Shown here one piece after another: positions 1-29,326 of a stretch of DNA of 64,000 nt (position 1 is the stretch's first letter; each line of letters opens with the position of its first letter). The position numbers and the translations under genes are program-made. Source of the DNA: Harriotta raleighana (Eukaryota); NCBI GenBank assembly GCA_050575255.1, contig JBNZDD010013634.1, positions 1,714,189 through 1,778,188 on the forward strand. The letters are read 5' to 3'. The notes under the pieces were generated by a model that ran no database searches, was not told where the DNA came from, and was given only the letters and a program-made list of their open reading frames with translations.

Positions 1-58
1 TGAACCCACGATTTTCTGACTCTGGTGAGAATGCTACTAACTGAGCCGTGCTGACACT
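1..58 (-). mobile_element. 5' tRNA-like head of a DeuSINE-type SINE, cut by the window edge
   Basis: Reverse complement ggctcagttagtagcattctcaccagagtcagaaaatcgtgggttca matches the head of the 15775 copy. Confidence 0.75.
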
Positions 59-702
59 AAGTTGAAGTGACACTGGCCAATGTAACTCCTTCGAAAATGT
101 CAGATGTAAATTATGGAATACCTACCCTTCGACAAGCTTAGGCAACAACTTTCCACATTTCTTACAAACGACAGGTAAAGCACACAAAGGAAGTTGTAGT
201 TACCCATGTTAGAAACAGGCTTCACTCGTCAATTCCTCGTATTCAAAGTTTGAATAGATGTAATAAACTGCCCAACTGACATTTATCATTACGTTCTACA
301 AATATAACAACAAAATTACATTTGTTTAGAGGCTTATTGGATATAGGCGCTGGGGGGTGTTCTAAAACTTCTCTTGAAATGTTCCTGGTGATAGTATGCA
401 CTATTTCCAAAATGTATTGACTTCAGCTTGTCATTGGCTTGTTAATGACTTCTCCCCTGTTTTCCACTATGAATTAATAGACTTTTTTCACCAATTCATC
501 ACCCTCAGCAGTATGACCTTATTCTTACGAGCTTGGCAGAATCCTGATCTCCCCCTGTTCAAATTCAAAGCTGGGGCTGGTTTTCCCTCAAGCTGGTATG
601 GTTTTTGTTTTGCTGCACTTTTCCCATACTAACCTGAATCCTTCCAGATTTAAGTTTCAATTAAGTTTCAGATGGACTATAGGCACATTATGCAATACAT
701 AC

Positions 703-773
703 CTGCAGGTTCTCCCATGTTCCACGTGGTGATGCTGACTTCTCTTCTCGCCATAGTTTCTGTGAAATAATTT
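703..773 (-). other. Candidate exon of an unidentified downstream transcript
   Basis: Strong acceptor ttttattttgcttcAG and donor CAG|gtatgt; contains ACTATGG (MARREVSITTWNMGEPA, phase 1). Confidence 0.35.
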
Positions 774-1329
774 CTGAAGCAAAATAAAATTGGAACCAAG
801 CAATATTGCAATTGTGTTATTAATAGAGAAGAAGAGAACAGAGATCTGCTTAAGTAGACTTGGAAAGATTTTCAGGAGCCTCTCAGCAGTTGTGAATGGG
901 TGAGAAGTAGAGGGAGTTAAAAGGCACATCTGCCTGTAATAGAATTAAACAGCAACAGTTTAATATCATTCAACACATACACACACATTTACGTACTCTG
1001 AATCCCAACAAATGTTGACGTGTGCGGCTGGCGGCATAGTTGGGGCAATTCACCATAATTTCAAGACCATCCCTCTGATATAATCCGACAGAGGTTTGAT
1101 CCTCACAGGAATTATAGAGGTACATCATATTCATGCACCCAGCAGCCCATTCCTGGTCGTAGAAATTCTCTGAGAAATGGCATTTGCTGAATATGTTACA
1201 CATTAGCAATAAAACAGACTTAGTAACAGCTAATTGCCACCATCATGGTTGTTGACCATCACCTCCTACTCCACAACAGGTTGAATAAGAATCTGCAGTT
1301 AATCTGCTGATCCTGTGATTTGTAATTAC

Positions 1330-1780
1330 ATAATAATAACCATCATCATCCTAATAATCCCAGCATTTTCTACGAAGCCTCATCACATTGTCGAGATGTC
1401 TCGAAGCGCTTCAATGGATAAACCTGTAAGGGATAGTGACTGTATTTTGTGGGAGAAACGTGGCAGCCAGTTGTGCGTAGCAAAGTCCCATAAACAACCA
1501 TGGGGTGAGTGTCCAATTTTATTTGCAGGATTGTTGGCCAGGATACCGAGAGAGAGAAACTCATTTCTCTTTTCAAAAGTGCCATGGAATCTTTAACAGC
1601 CACCTGGATAGGTGGCTTAACGTCTCAACCGAACAACAGCACCTCCAAAAATGCAACACACACACCCTGCTTGGACTGTCATCTTAGACTAAGTGATTCA
1701 ACTCCCAACATAGGGGTTGGATGGACCCAGCCTTCTGACTCAGGAGCAAATGAACCAGGCTCACTGAGCCAGGCTGAAGC
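1330..1780 (-). mobile_element. Near full-length DeuSINE-type SINE (SacSINE1-like)
   Basis: tRNA-like head, central aaagattccatggcact...tcctggccaaca Deu-like core, L2-like tail with (TTA)n. Confidence 0.85.
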
Positions 1781-3249
1781 AATACATTGAGCTCACATTT
1801 GAGGGATTAGCAATGTCTGTGTCAATTTTACTTTATCTCTACCCATACGCCAGGTAACTTCACTTCTCTGAGCAATTAAAACATTCTGCACACCAATGAC
1901 AGGAAAACAGCATGCATGTAAGCCTTTCTATGTACAAACAGCTCTATGCTACAATGGAGAGAAATGACACTCTGGAAGAATGAGATCAAATGGGCAAAAG
2001 AGGCTTTTCATCTACACTTCCCTTGCGATCACTTGATCTGCTGTGTGAGGATATTTATTCATCACTTTGCCTGTAATGCAACTTGCTTGAATGAACAGCA
2101 AAAGAAAGGATTCCTAAATGAGCATAGAAAATAGGCGATTTGAGACAACAGTAGAAAGATGGGTGTCAGCAAATGCTTACTGCTTTGCTAGAAATGGTAG
2201 AAGTGTCCTCGTAGCTGTGGTATTGACGTGGGAAGTAACAGCTTAGGGACAGCACAAAATTGGGAGGAAGTTTATCAGGAGATAGCAGTCTTGTGTGCAC
2301 AGCATCTGCTGTTTTTAATTTTTTTTAGATTTTGTGCATCACCTTGTAGGGAAGAGAGCAGATCACTGTATTAAACAGGGTTATTTAAGCTTCCCAGCTT
2401 CCAGGGTCCAGCGATGCATTTTCTAGTTTTATTCCTCCAATGTGCTCCGATGTAAAACATTGTCGCGGTGAGTTGCCAATGAATAAACTTTATGCTCCCC
2501 TTAAAGGTGTCTCTCAGTGGTGGGCTCTGCAAAGCATATTTGTGTTGGACTTCAAAGTAACCTCCCTGTACTGTTTAATAACTTGAGTCATTTGGATATG
2601 TAGCATAAGTAATCAAAGACACGAGGACACCACATAGCGCTTCTCCACAGGAGTACAATGAAAAAAGTCCTTTTCAATCCTGAGAAACATTACCGTGATT
2701 GGTCCGCAAAATAAAAATGCGGGGATGAATTATTTAGTGGTCATTTGCTGTCCTATTTGCTGTTATGTGCACAGTTGCACAGGACACAGGTGAGCTTCAG
2801 CCTATTTATCCACTTATACAATCTTATACTTTTAACAAACTAATCAATGCTCTTTTACTCCTGGGTATCTGTTGTGCATTTTATTATTATTATTAATGTT
2901 CTAGTTCCATTCTAGGAAACATGAAATCAAATGTTCATTTATGCTTCTAGGGTGAAGTACTGTAGTTAAATCTGAAGAGACACCTACAGTCGACTCGAGG
3001 TATTAATGCTGTGATTGTAATTCTGTAGCTTTTCCTGCATTAGAAAAGGTCATCATTTCTTTCATTAGTGGAGACAGATTATGTTGTCGCAAATTTCAGC
3101 GTTGATTTCATATAAATGACCAATCATGGTACTTCATTTGTATTATCAATCATCAACATCAACAAATTGGTCTTAAATTTGCTTCTCTTAATGGCAAATT
3201 CCCTAATTTAGAATCCCAGACATCAGAAGCACAAGTAACAACTAGTTCA

Positions 3250-3545
3250 TTGCATGAATTTTCCCCCCCATCCCAAACCTTTCCTCTTTTCCTCTGCTCA
3301 AAAGTCTGGGCTCAGGAGCTCCTCACTCAAGTACCTTTTATTATGTGAGACGATAATTCTTAATAGGCTATATGACCGTGGCAAGTATCATGATATTCAC
3401 CTAACATCCACTTGTGCACTTACTAGCAACGGTCAATGGTTGATGATTGGGAACAAGATGCTCACTAATTTTCCTCCCAGTTAGAGGGTCTGGAATCTGA
3501 GGCCAATTGTTAGCAAGCATGGCTAAGATCAACTAACTTTATAAC
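3250..3545 (-). mobile_element. Ancient degraded SINE-like repeat, third family
   Basis: Reverse complement agttagttgatcttagcc...acaattggcctcag...ctcacataataaaaggtacttgagtgagg. Confidence 0.5.
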
Positions 3546-4761
3546 CGTTCAGTAGACAGCTGGGGGCAAAACATCATCACTGGGCCTGTTTTTTTTCTCT
3601 CTACTTTTTGAAACAAATCAATATTAGGCTCCTGAAAACTGTACAAAGCAAACTCAAACAGAAGGTAAGCAAACTCAAACAGATATGGTTTCAAAATGTT
3701 GGACTGAACTATAAATGCTTCTGTGCAACTGAGTTCCGTGCTAATAGAATTTTTAAAATAGGATCCAATTACCCAAAAGTCAATCAGATCAATTCCTTGA
3801 TAAAATCACATTTTAAGAGTATTTAATTTCTAAATGGATTTTGATTCATCTACTAACAATAAGTTGATATTATCAAACATTAATTATATTTGATTGAAAA
3901 CCGTTGGTATTAACAGGGTAAAAAAAAGGACACAGTCTGCTGAATGTTCCTCTTATAGTAGTGAATGAAATCATGTTACTTACACATTCAATTTGGATGA
4001 CAGGATTCAAAGATCACAGTGCATTAATCTCCTATCAGATCATTTTTGACAACATTTCATTTTAAAAGCAATGCTTTTAAAAGTACGCAGTTATTCTCCA
4101 GGGTTAAACCTAATTGCAGTAATATTTAAATGAGTTGCTTTATTACAATTGCAAATAACCAAATCACAAAAGCCATCAAAAAAATGCGAAATGTCAGGAA
4201 AACGATTGATGGTACTCACTTTGAAAATGTCACCCATTGTTTCAAGTGGCTTTTACCGTAGGCTCTGATTAGTTACTTAGATACAAAAGCATTTAGTCAA
4301 CGAGACACTGTTCCGTTTTGATGGCCAACATAATACATGTTCACTGTAGATCATTTATTACCTTAATATCCATCATCTCGTATAATTTAATATAATCTTC
4401 CTAAGATTCAATTACACCTACACAAAGCTTTTCCACTGGTCATAGAAAAAAAAGAGCAGACAACCAGCTATTGCTATGCAAGTGTTCACTTCAATTATCA
4501 TGGACACATGTTACAGACGTATTGTTAGCACTGAACAACACCCTTTGAAGAGTATGGCAGCACTTCAAATAAAAATGTGACATACATACTTCATATAATA
4601 GCAGCATTCTAAATGCTTGCCTATATTTTTCGGTAATTTGACATTAAGTTATATGAAGTGAGGCATGAGTTATAAAGGATTTTCAGGAATCACCAAATAA
4701 TGGTACAGTAATTATGTTCGCAGGGATAAGATGGAAAAATAAAAGTATAAAACTCATAGGA

Positions 4762-5018
4762 TAATAATAATTCTTGCCTTTGATTTAGCATGTTGTTCTG
4801 ACAAAATGTCTCATTTTCCATCTAGTGTAGGACTGTGTAGGCAAACTTGGGAGCCAATTTCCACACAACAATGTCCCACAAACAACCATGAAGTAAATGA
4901 CTGATTTTATTTGGGGGAATTATTAACTTGGACACTGGGAGCAAGGACCTTCGCTTTTTGCATATGCCACTGGATCTTTTAATGTCTACCTGAACAGGCA
5001 GACAGGAGGACCTGGTTG
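4762..5018 (-). mobile_element. Partial DeuSINE-type SINE
   Basis: Core ctgcctgttcaggtagacattaaaagatccagtggca and tail on the minus strand. Confidence 0.75.
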
Positions 5019-8000
5019 CAATTGATAATTAATTAAGATTAATTAAGAATGGATTTCATTTGTTATTCTCTGGAGAGACTTTATTTTAACGTTGTCTCAC
5101 GTGACCCGCTCATCCAAACTGCAGCAAATGACAGTCTGCAACCTGTTTACCTTCGTATTCAATTGGAAAGAAGGTCTGCATAAAGGTTTTCATCTGTGAT
5201 GGGATCAGTTTTGTACTGTATATCATAGAGCTGGGAGGGGCAAGTAAAAGGATGCTAAGAGGGAGGGGAAAAGCTATTCACAATAAAATCACTTCCATCC
5301 TAGGATATTTAAAGAACACAAAGGCTATCAGAGAAGCTCATTAAAAAAAGCAGGAAAAAATTACCAAGATTTTACCAAGGTTTAGACTTGCCTGACAATC
5401 TGCACTATTTCAGCTCAGTAATTTGTTTGCAGTAGGAATGTCTGCAATTAGACTTCGGCTGGAGTGTGTATATTACATTATCTTTTACTGAACTAGTGTA
5501 ATTGTAGCCCGAACAGGATTCATAATAAGGTGTGTCAGATTGTTCACCAGTGTTGCTTGGAACAGAGATGAAATAATCTCTTGCACATGGACTAAAGCAG
5601 TCCTCACAATTTAATTATGTACACCATGACACAATATAACTTGCAGTAATTTGGTAAATTCATGTTCCTCTCAACTCCAAAGATATCCTGGGTAAAGGAA
5701 AGGTCAAAACAGAATCAAATCTGACATTGCTGAATGTGGCTGCAGAACTGTGCATCTTAAATAACTCAAGAAAATTGTAACTATATACAGTATTTGCATT
5801 TTCTACTATCTCTCCAGTGCATTCTACATCTCTGCAAAACAGGTCAATAGATAATTCAAACAACATTTGAAAAACAATATAAAGAATTTCATCAAGGGAG
5901 CTACCCACAAACCACCATTTGTCTTAGGATTCAAGAGTGGACGGAAAGGCTATATGGGAAATTGAGCAATGAAATGAATTTAAGCCCCAACAATGTTTTT
6001 ACACAGATTTTTTGTTTAATCAGTCCCCACTCTCCCCCACCCGCCCCCCCACCCCCCCACACTTTTTCCCTGACAAACTCAAGCCCGTTCAGTCTAACAC
6101 TGATAGGATTTGCAATCCATATTGAACAGTCTGATCTCTCACCACATCCTTGCGTCTTGAAAAACGCAATCACTTGGGGAGGACGTCTCAAAATATAGAT
6201 CCCTATGGCTGCTCATATTTGGAGACCTTTTTTTTCTTTACAAGAGGAAATCTTTTGAAGTAATGGAAAAAAAGCTGAAAAATTCTTAGTCTGTAAAAGT
6301 TAGACCCTCTTGTCAATCAACTAGAAAAAAAAATGCTGCTATAGAATTTGTTACAAACTGTTGAGTTTTGGTCACATGGTTTATGCTCTCATTTACACAC
6401 CAAGAAATCTGGGAAACACTTTATCACTTAATCATCAGATCCACCCTTTTTTGTAAGTAGCTTCATTTCAAGTTCATTACAGGCAAAAAAAACTACTACT
6501 GCAAATCAGAGAAGAAGCTAGGTTTTAAGCTTTTCGGACACAGACCTACATGAGAACAGAAATGGTAGCCAGAAAACCCCATAGAAAGGGACAGGTTCCA
6601 GAAATGGTTCATTCAGCAGTGAGGTCTGATGGCCCATTAGCAGATTGCGGAATGTTGTTAATGAGAGGAAAAACTGAAATAAAATAAATGCGAGTGAGGC
6701 AGTAGTAAGAGAAATTAGATTCCAATGAGATGGTAAATAAAAGATAAAAGGAAACTTGCTTCCCACCTCCACTTCATCCAGTGATAGCATGCGGAAATGC
6801 AACAGCTAAAATTAGCTCATTAAAAAGTCTACATCCAGGCCCGAAGCTCCAAGATGCTACGTCTTGGAGCTTGCATTGGGGGTTTGGTTTAAGCAGCAAA
6901 GAATAAAGAGAAGTGAGAGTGAACAGTCAAAGTTAAAATGCAGTTAGGATCCCATTTGCAGCTGTTTGGCAAAGCTGGCTTCCAATCTATTTAAGTAACA
7001 GCCTGTTTTCATCTGTGCAACTCTACGTTACTCTTTGTAATTTGCAGAAGTCAGGAAGAGGGCAAGAATGATTTTCTGTAATGTCACATTTTATTTAAAT
7101 CGGAGCTGCCCACAGCTTTGCAAAAAACAAAATCAAATTCCACCTCTATAAGAAACTCGTGGCTTCATACCTGGATTCAATTGTAGCACTGTTATATGCT
7201 TTTAAAGGTGAAATAACTGACCATGCAGAAATTAAAAGCAGCAATTATACATGCAGCACAAAACCGCTCTTAAATGGGATCAGGAATTTGGCTCTCAATT
7301 CTCTTGAATTCGTGAGGTTCAGATGTCAACAATGACGTTTCAAGGTTGTACTCGCTTAGTTGATTGATTGCACTGTTCATTGCTATCGCAACTAGAGAAG
7401 ACGAGGTGAGGAGGACTTAATGAGATTATCAACAGTGGTCTCAGATACTGAACATCATCCCTGGAAATGGAATTCGGTTACTTCACAAAAGAGTTGTTAA
7501 TTAGTACAAACCAGTCTGCGGGCAAATTTGTACCTCAACATTGTGTTGCAGGAGCCTTTTTGTGATAGCACAATACAGTTTATGTTCAGTTAAATATATT
7601 TTTAGCCATGGCACCTTCGTAAATCAAAAGTTTTCTTCAAGCCACATAGAACAACCGGACCCCGCTCCATTAGCTTCAACACTAAACCAGTGTTACACAA
7701 TGTGGCACTGCATTTCAGGTTATTATCAATAAGTTTCCCTTGTTAATAATAATAATCCTTGCATTTGACATAGCACCTAATCACGGCATCAAAACAATTC
7801 AAAGCACTTCAGTGGACTTGGAACTGGGAACAGTTGATTGCAATTTGGTAATAGCTAACCAATATCTGTTCTCCAAGTTACAGCAAATACACGGGGAATT
7901 GAGTTTATCAATAGCGATCAACTCTAATAATTGCATCCAGATAAAACAATGAGCTAATTATACGAAAATATAGGGAAATTAGCACTTTGATGAAAGAATT

Positions 8001-8064
8001 ACTATTTTGTGTGCTGCTCGAAAATAGAAAAAGTTTCTCCCAGCATCATGACCAACAATTTCCA

Positions 8065-8222
8065 AAGTAAAATTGGTGAAACACTTATTGGGGATGTGTT
8101 GTGGGCAAATTGGGCCGAGTTAGTCTACAAATGGATATATTTTCCGATAATTCCTGTGAAGGACTTTGAACATTTTGACAATGTGATAAGGCTCTACATC
8201 AAATGTAAATATTGTTATTATG
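8065..8222 (+). mobile_element. SINE 3' fragment
   Basis: ctgtgaaggactttgaa...gtgataaggctctacatcaaatgtaaatattgttatta tail. Confidence 0.65.
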
Positions 8223-8538
8223 CAATATGAATAACATCAGCTATCCTCCAAATACTCAGCGGCTGCTTGTGTTTATTATATTTCTAAACAAAATTAGCTA
8301 GAAACTATATTTCGTTCAGGATTTGAGGATTTATCCCTTCTGGTTGGAGAATCTTGTAGATTTAATTCTTCTGAATTTCTTTCTGGTCATCGAGATTCAT
8401 CATACTGATGATTCCAACATTAAAACAATTAGTCCACAGTATTTGTGAAATCTAATGTGAGAAATCCATTTAACACCTTTATAATCTACTGTTTTTTTGC
8501 AACAGGCTTTTCTTAAATTCACACTAAGTACTATTCTA

Positions 8539-8773
8539 AGGGCAGAAATTCTACATGGCATCTAGCTTTACTATCATTTCTTAGCGTTTCTCAACATCTG
8601 GAATTTTAAAAATTCTTAAATACAGCCTTAAATTTGAAGCCAGTTTTCTGTTAATTGTTTTTAAAACTACAAAAAGAACCTTCAAACCAAATTCAAGAAT
8701 TTGCCAAATTCTGATGTTCTAAACACCTGTACAGTTAGAGTAAATCTAGACCCAGGTGCAATTTGTCTCCCCT
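8539..8773. mobile_element. Degenerate long inverted repeat, MITE-like
   Basis: Left agggcagaaattctacatggcatctagctttact and aacatctggaattttaaaaattctt pair imperfectly with right aagaatttgccaaattctgatgtt and agtaaatctagacccaggtgcaatttgtctcccct. Confidence 0.6.
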
Positions 8774-11448
8774 GGTCTTTAACTCTTCATTTTGTTTCAT
8801 GCATTTACAAAGCATATTTAATTATCCAATTATTTTAAAAAGGTGTGCAACTCTATAAAAAGAACAATGATCTGATTTTATGAAAATGTAGGAGAATTGA
8901 GATTATTTTTAGTCATTGAATGAAAATATAGTACTTCAGTCTCCCGATCCCCAGTAATGTTATGGCCAGATCTAAGTCACCATTCTTAGCAGGCAAATAA
9001 TTGCTAATCACAGCCAAGTGCTATAATGTCACTGAATTTCAGGATCTCCTGAGTTGGATAGGTAAGATTAACCTATTCCATATTCAGACATAACCATAAT
9101 CAAAAATGTTTTACTTTCTTGTTCAAAGTTAGTTCAGTTTGGATCTCAGGTTAATTGCCCATTTTTATCCATTTTATCTTTATCTGAAGACGACAGACAC
9201 ACTCTAATCGTTACAGCTAGCTATGGGAAGCAGGAAAATACATTAGTAATAAATGAGCTGAACATGCGTACGTACTTTTAACATTTTTCTTTTTCATAGC
9301 TGAAACAGGTAATAGAAGAGCAACGTTTAGGAATTCTGAAGAACAAAATGTGTTTTAATGCCAAAGGGCATCGATTACATGAAAATCACACATAAAATGT
9401 TCAATCCACTGCACGTAAAATTCCTTTTGTATGTCATGTAGTTAATCAATAAAAGAAAATAAATGAACAAATCCACAAAAAACTATGTTTTGAGAACCAT
9501 TACAATGCTGTAACATACAACATATTTACATGTGCTTGAGAAGTTACACATCGCAGCTACTGGAAGATGTCAGCCTGGGACATGTTATTTTACATAACTG
9601 ACACTTTCAAATGATTTTTATCAAGCAAAATGTGTAACACTCAACATTTTGCTCCACACTATTTTATTCTGCAACTGTTTTCGAATGAAATGCATGCCCA
9701 GATGTAAGTCTATTACATATGAATTCATAAAGAACCTCTCTGTTTGCCGCATTGGGCACATTTCCAATAGCACTTTTGCATGTCCTATCTGGTCACTCGA
9801 GCCCCTGGTGAATCATGATGATTTACGTCTGTGTGGCATTCAGCGGCGGAAAGCAAGGTACATTTCATTCATTCATTGGTTAACTGTTTGTGCTGGGCCA
9901 ACTCTTCCATTTCAGCAGAATCAATGGTGGGTATCACTTTGAGTTTTACTACAGTTGCTCTCTGCTGGTTCAGTGTGCTGTACTGTTTCTGCATTGAGAG
10001 CTCAATCAAATAAAATCAGATCCATTGGCTATATAAAAGTGTGAATGCAACAAAAATTAATTAGAACTGGAGTTAGATGAAGGGCAGCAATAGGGCAGTT
10101 TGAAGTTGATTAGATATTCAAATGGTAATAAAGATTGTCATGTTTTATGATATAGTTCTTGTTTTGAATTCTCAGGCCCAGCATCCATCAAAATGTAAAT
10201 ACAAAGCATGGTATTCTGGAATGTACCATCAAGGTAACCAGCTAGCAAAGCGCTCTGAGATGCTGTCCGGTGTGGAGGGCGCTATATAAATCAACGTTGT
10301 TGTTGTAGCTAGGAACATACTGGCATTTATTTGTGATTTACAATAGAAATAGTACAATTTGGTGTATTAAATTAGAAAAAAAAGTTTCTGAATGAAATGT
10401 TAAGACAAGGAAGATTGTTCTGTGTCTCACAATCAGGACTCAGGAATCAGCGTGTAAAGAAAAGGCACATCATCGCAAACTTTTCTATGGTGGTAATGTT
10501 CTCAACACAGAAGAACACATCAGGATTTCAATGCTCTGGGAGTTCCACAGAAAATGTTGCTCTCAGAAAATGGCTTGGAGGTAGCCTTTAATGGATATGG
10601 GGAATTAATATATCCTGGGATTCTTTCAGCATGGTAGCAAGCTACAGTCGATCTTAGAACACCTCAATATATTCAAACAAAACAGGAATTCATTACATGC
10701 AAACTCTGTTACAACCTCAAAACTAATTACATTTAGCCATGCAATAGGCATTTTTGTATTAATACAATACCTGTGTTCACAGGTGGTTGTTACTATCCAA
10801 AATACTTTACAATTTTCTATTAATCCTCAGCAAAGATCAGTATAAAATCACTCAAACTTTTACGTATTGCAAATAATACTGCAATTGATTCAGCTTTAAT
10901 TGATTAAACATGACTTAATATTTGTGGTGAATGTCTGGGCGGTTCTTTGAGTGCCAGGTAAACATCCTCAGAGCTAAGTGTTTGAGAAAATGTGTATATC
11001 GCAACCCTCATTGCAGAATATTTGTTGGTTCATTTGCATTTTGGACCTTTTGTCTGTCTGTAAGAACTTTACAGGTAAACCAGTGAGGGTGAATTAAATG
11101 TGCATACATCAAATCCATTCACAGGAGCAAAAAGCAACATCTTCAGCAAATTATTTCTAAAACGGAAAAATAAGGCTTATGCCTCTAAGAAATACAGTGA
11201 GTCTGAGTCCATAAAATATCAACACGCACTAAAAAGAAAGTTACGCAGTGAAAACAGTTTCCTTGTTTCAACAGTACACAATGTAGAATCCAACATGCAA
11301 ACACAAACATTCACACTGGTAAGTTCCAAAGAGAGGAAAGCCCAGAATCACCCTGTACGAATGTGCAATCCATGGGTCCTTTTTCAATGAAGTATTGCAT
11401 TTGGCATCATTTTGCAGTATAGTGGTTTCGCCGTTAAAATTCTTTATC

Positions 11449-27670
<16,222 letters not shown>

Positions 27671-28829
27671 ACTGCTTCTAGTAAAAGAAAATGATGTGGT
27701 GTGAAACTAGTTTACCACCTTTACAATATCCGTCAATATTAAGTTGGCTAGATATCAGCATCTGTCCCACATACCAATACAATATAAACCTAGCATTTTC
27801 AATGTAGGCTCCTTTGTATACACACACACACACACACATAGTCATCAATTAGAAGTGCTGCCCCCACCAAGACTGGAATGTAAATGACCAGCTCAATCAA
27901 TAAGAGATAAGAAAACATCTTGCAACCTTCTGAGCAGTATTAATAAGCTTATTAAACCACCTTGCAAAAAAAGAAACTGTTAACCCTTGTATCATCTTAT
28001 ATCAGTTTCCAGTTGAACTGCAAATGTACACTGGAAAATGTTGTGGCGATTAACAACAGCAGCAGTAATGACTTTGCAAATTTAATCCTGCAGCGTGAAC
28101 GTCATTCATACATCAATGCTATAGCCCTGGCTGGCAACATCTGCACAAACAGCTGTTGCTAAAACCAAATGCTGATGGAACAATATCATCAACCTTACTG
28201 TTAACAAAACAAAACTGAAGTGGGTTTTAGAGGGCAGTTTTATTATTACCCAATATGTCAATTCGGAAAATTGTTAAACTTGTAATTTGATTATGAATAA
28301 AGATTGCATGTACCTAGCATTCTATAGATCTCATTAATATCATAAATTAAAATGTGCATACACAATAGAAAAATTGAAGCATCAGGAAAATACTTTACAT
28401 AAGACAAAAAAGTAGTTAAACTGTGCCTAGGAAAATATGGGACAAACTGTCAAAAGGAGGGAAACTGCCATATTATATACTATCACTTTTGAGTTGAACT
28501 GAGGACAATTTTCTGACATTCTAAAACAATTCTACTTGTCAGAACCTAACCCATAAACAAACGAATATGAAAAACAAATATTTCCTCTTCCTTGTATTAG
28601 ATGTAAGGCTTCTTTTAACTATGGACCACCTTCACCCTCAGTGTGGTGACAGACAAAGTCCATCTGGATATATGTCTGTAACCTGACAGAAGGAAACAGT
28701 GAATCATTTTCATAGGAAGACATTTCATAGAGATGAATAGCATATATCACAGGTTCTTTTTAAGATTACATGTATCTGACAACTCCCCTGATGACCTGTG
28801 GGAAAAGGCACTATTCATTGCAGCATTGA

Positions 28830-29180
28830 GATTTACACAGCAGAAAACCATAGGTTGGATTCTATGCTGAACTAGTTGATCTCAAGCAACAGTTGAATCA
28901 CTACAAATCACCTAAACCTGGCTGCCAAGGAGAGAAATAAAAAATATCAGGCAGGGTTCTTCCTTCTCATCACTATTCAGTGATCACCTGTTGGAAAATG
29001 TGAGAACATCAGGGAGACAGGATCAGATTCAGCTAAGACACGTTCTGCGTTCAAACAGTCTTTTGGCTCTCACAGCCCAGCCTCACACATGAAGAATAAT
29101 TTGGGTAGGGTCCAGGTGAGCTGCTGACACCTTTGTAACCCACATAAGGAAGACTTCAAACATATAGAAAAGGAGGGGAG
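28830..29180 (+). mobile_element. Ancient degraded SINE-like repeat, third family
   Basis: ctagttgatctca...cagggttct...atcactattcagtgatcacctgttgg...ctcacacatgaagaat. Confidence 0.6.
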
Positions 29181-29312
29181 AAACTGGCAAAGAATACATG
29201 TACTAAATGAGGCGCTTCAAGCCTCAGTAGTCACTAATGGATTTTTATCAAGTATAATCCCATTTGAGCAGGAACTCAACAGGGATATCCATTATCTTCA
29301 CCATGCTTTAAC

Positions 29313-29326
29313 GTTGCCATGGAGTC
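29313..29326. promoter_or_regulatory. RFX X-box-like motif GTTGCCATGGAGTC
   Basis: Near match to GTTGCCATGGNAAC/GAGAC, about 1.6 kb upstream of the MKSREQE exon. Confidence 0.35.

Noticed and set aside
9340-10900. STK33 polyadenylation site
   Set aside because: Several AATAAA/ATTAAA candidates on the minus strand (e.g. 10326-10331, 9663-9668); cannot choose among them without transcript data.
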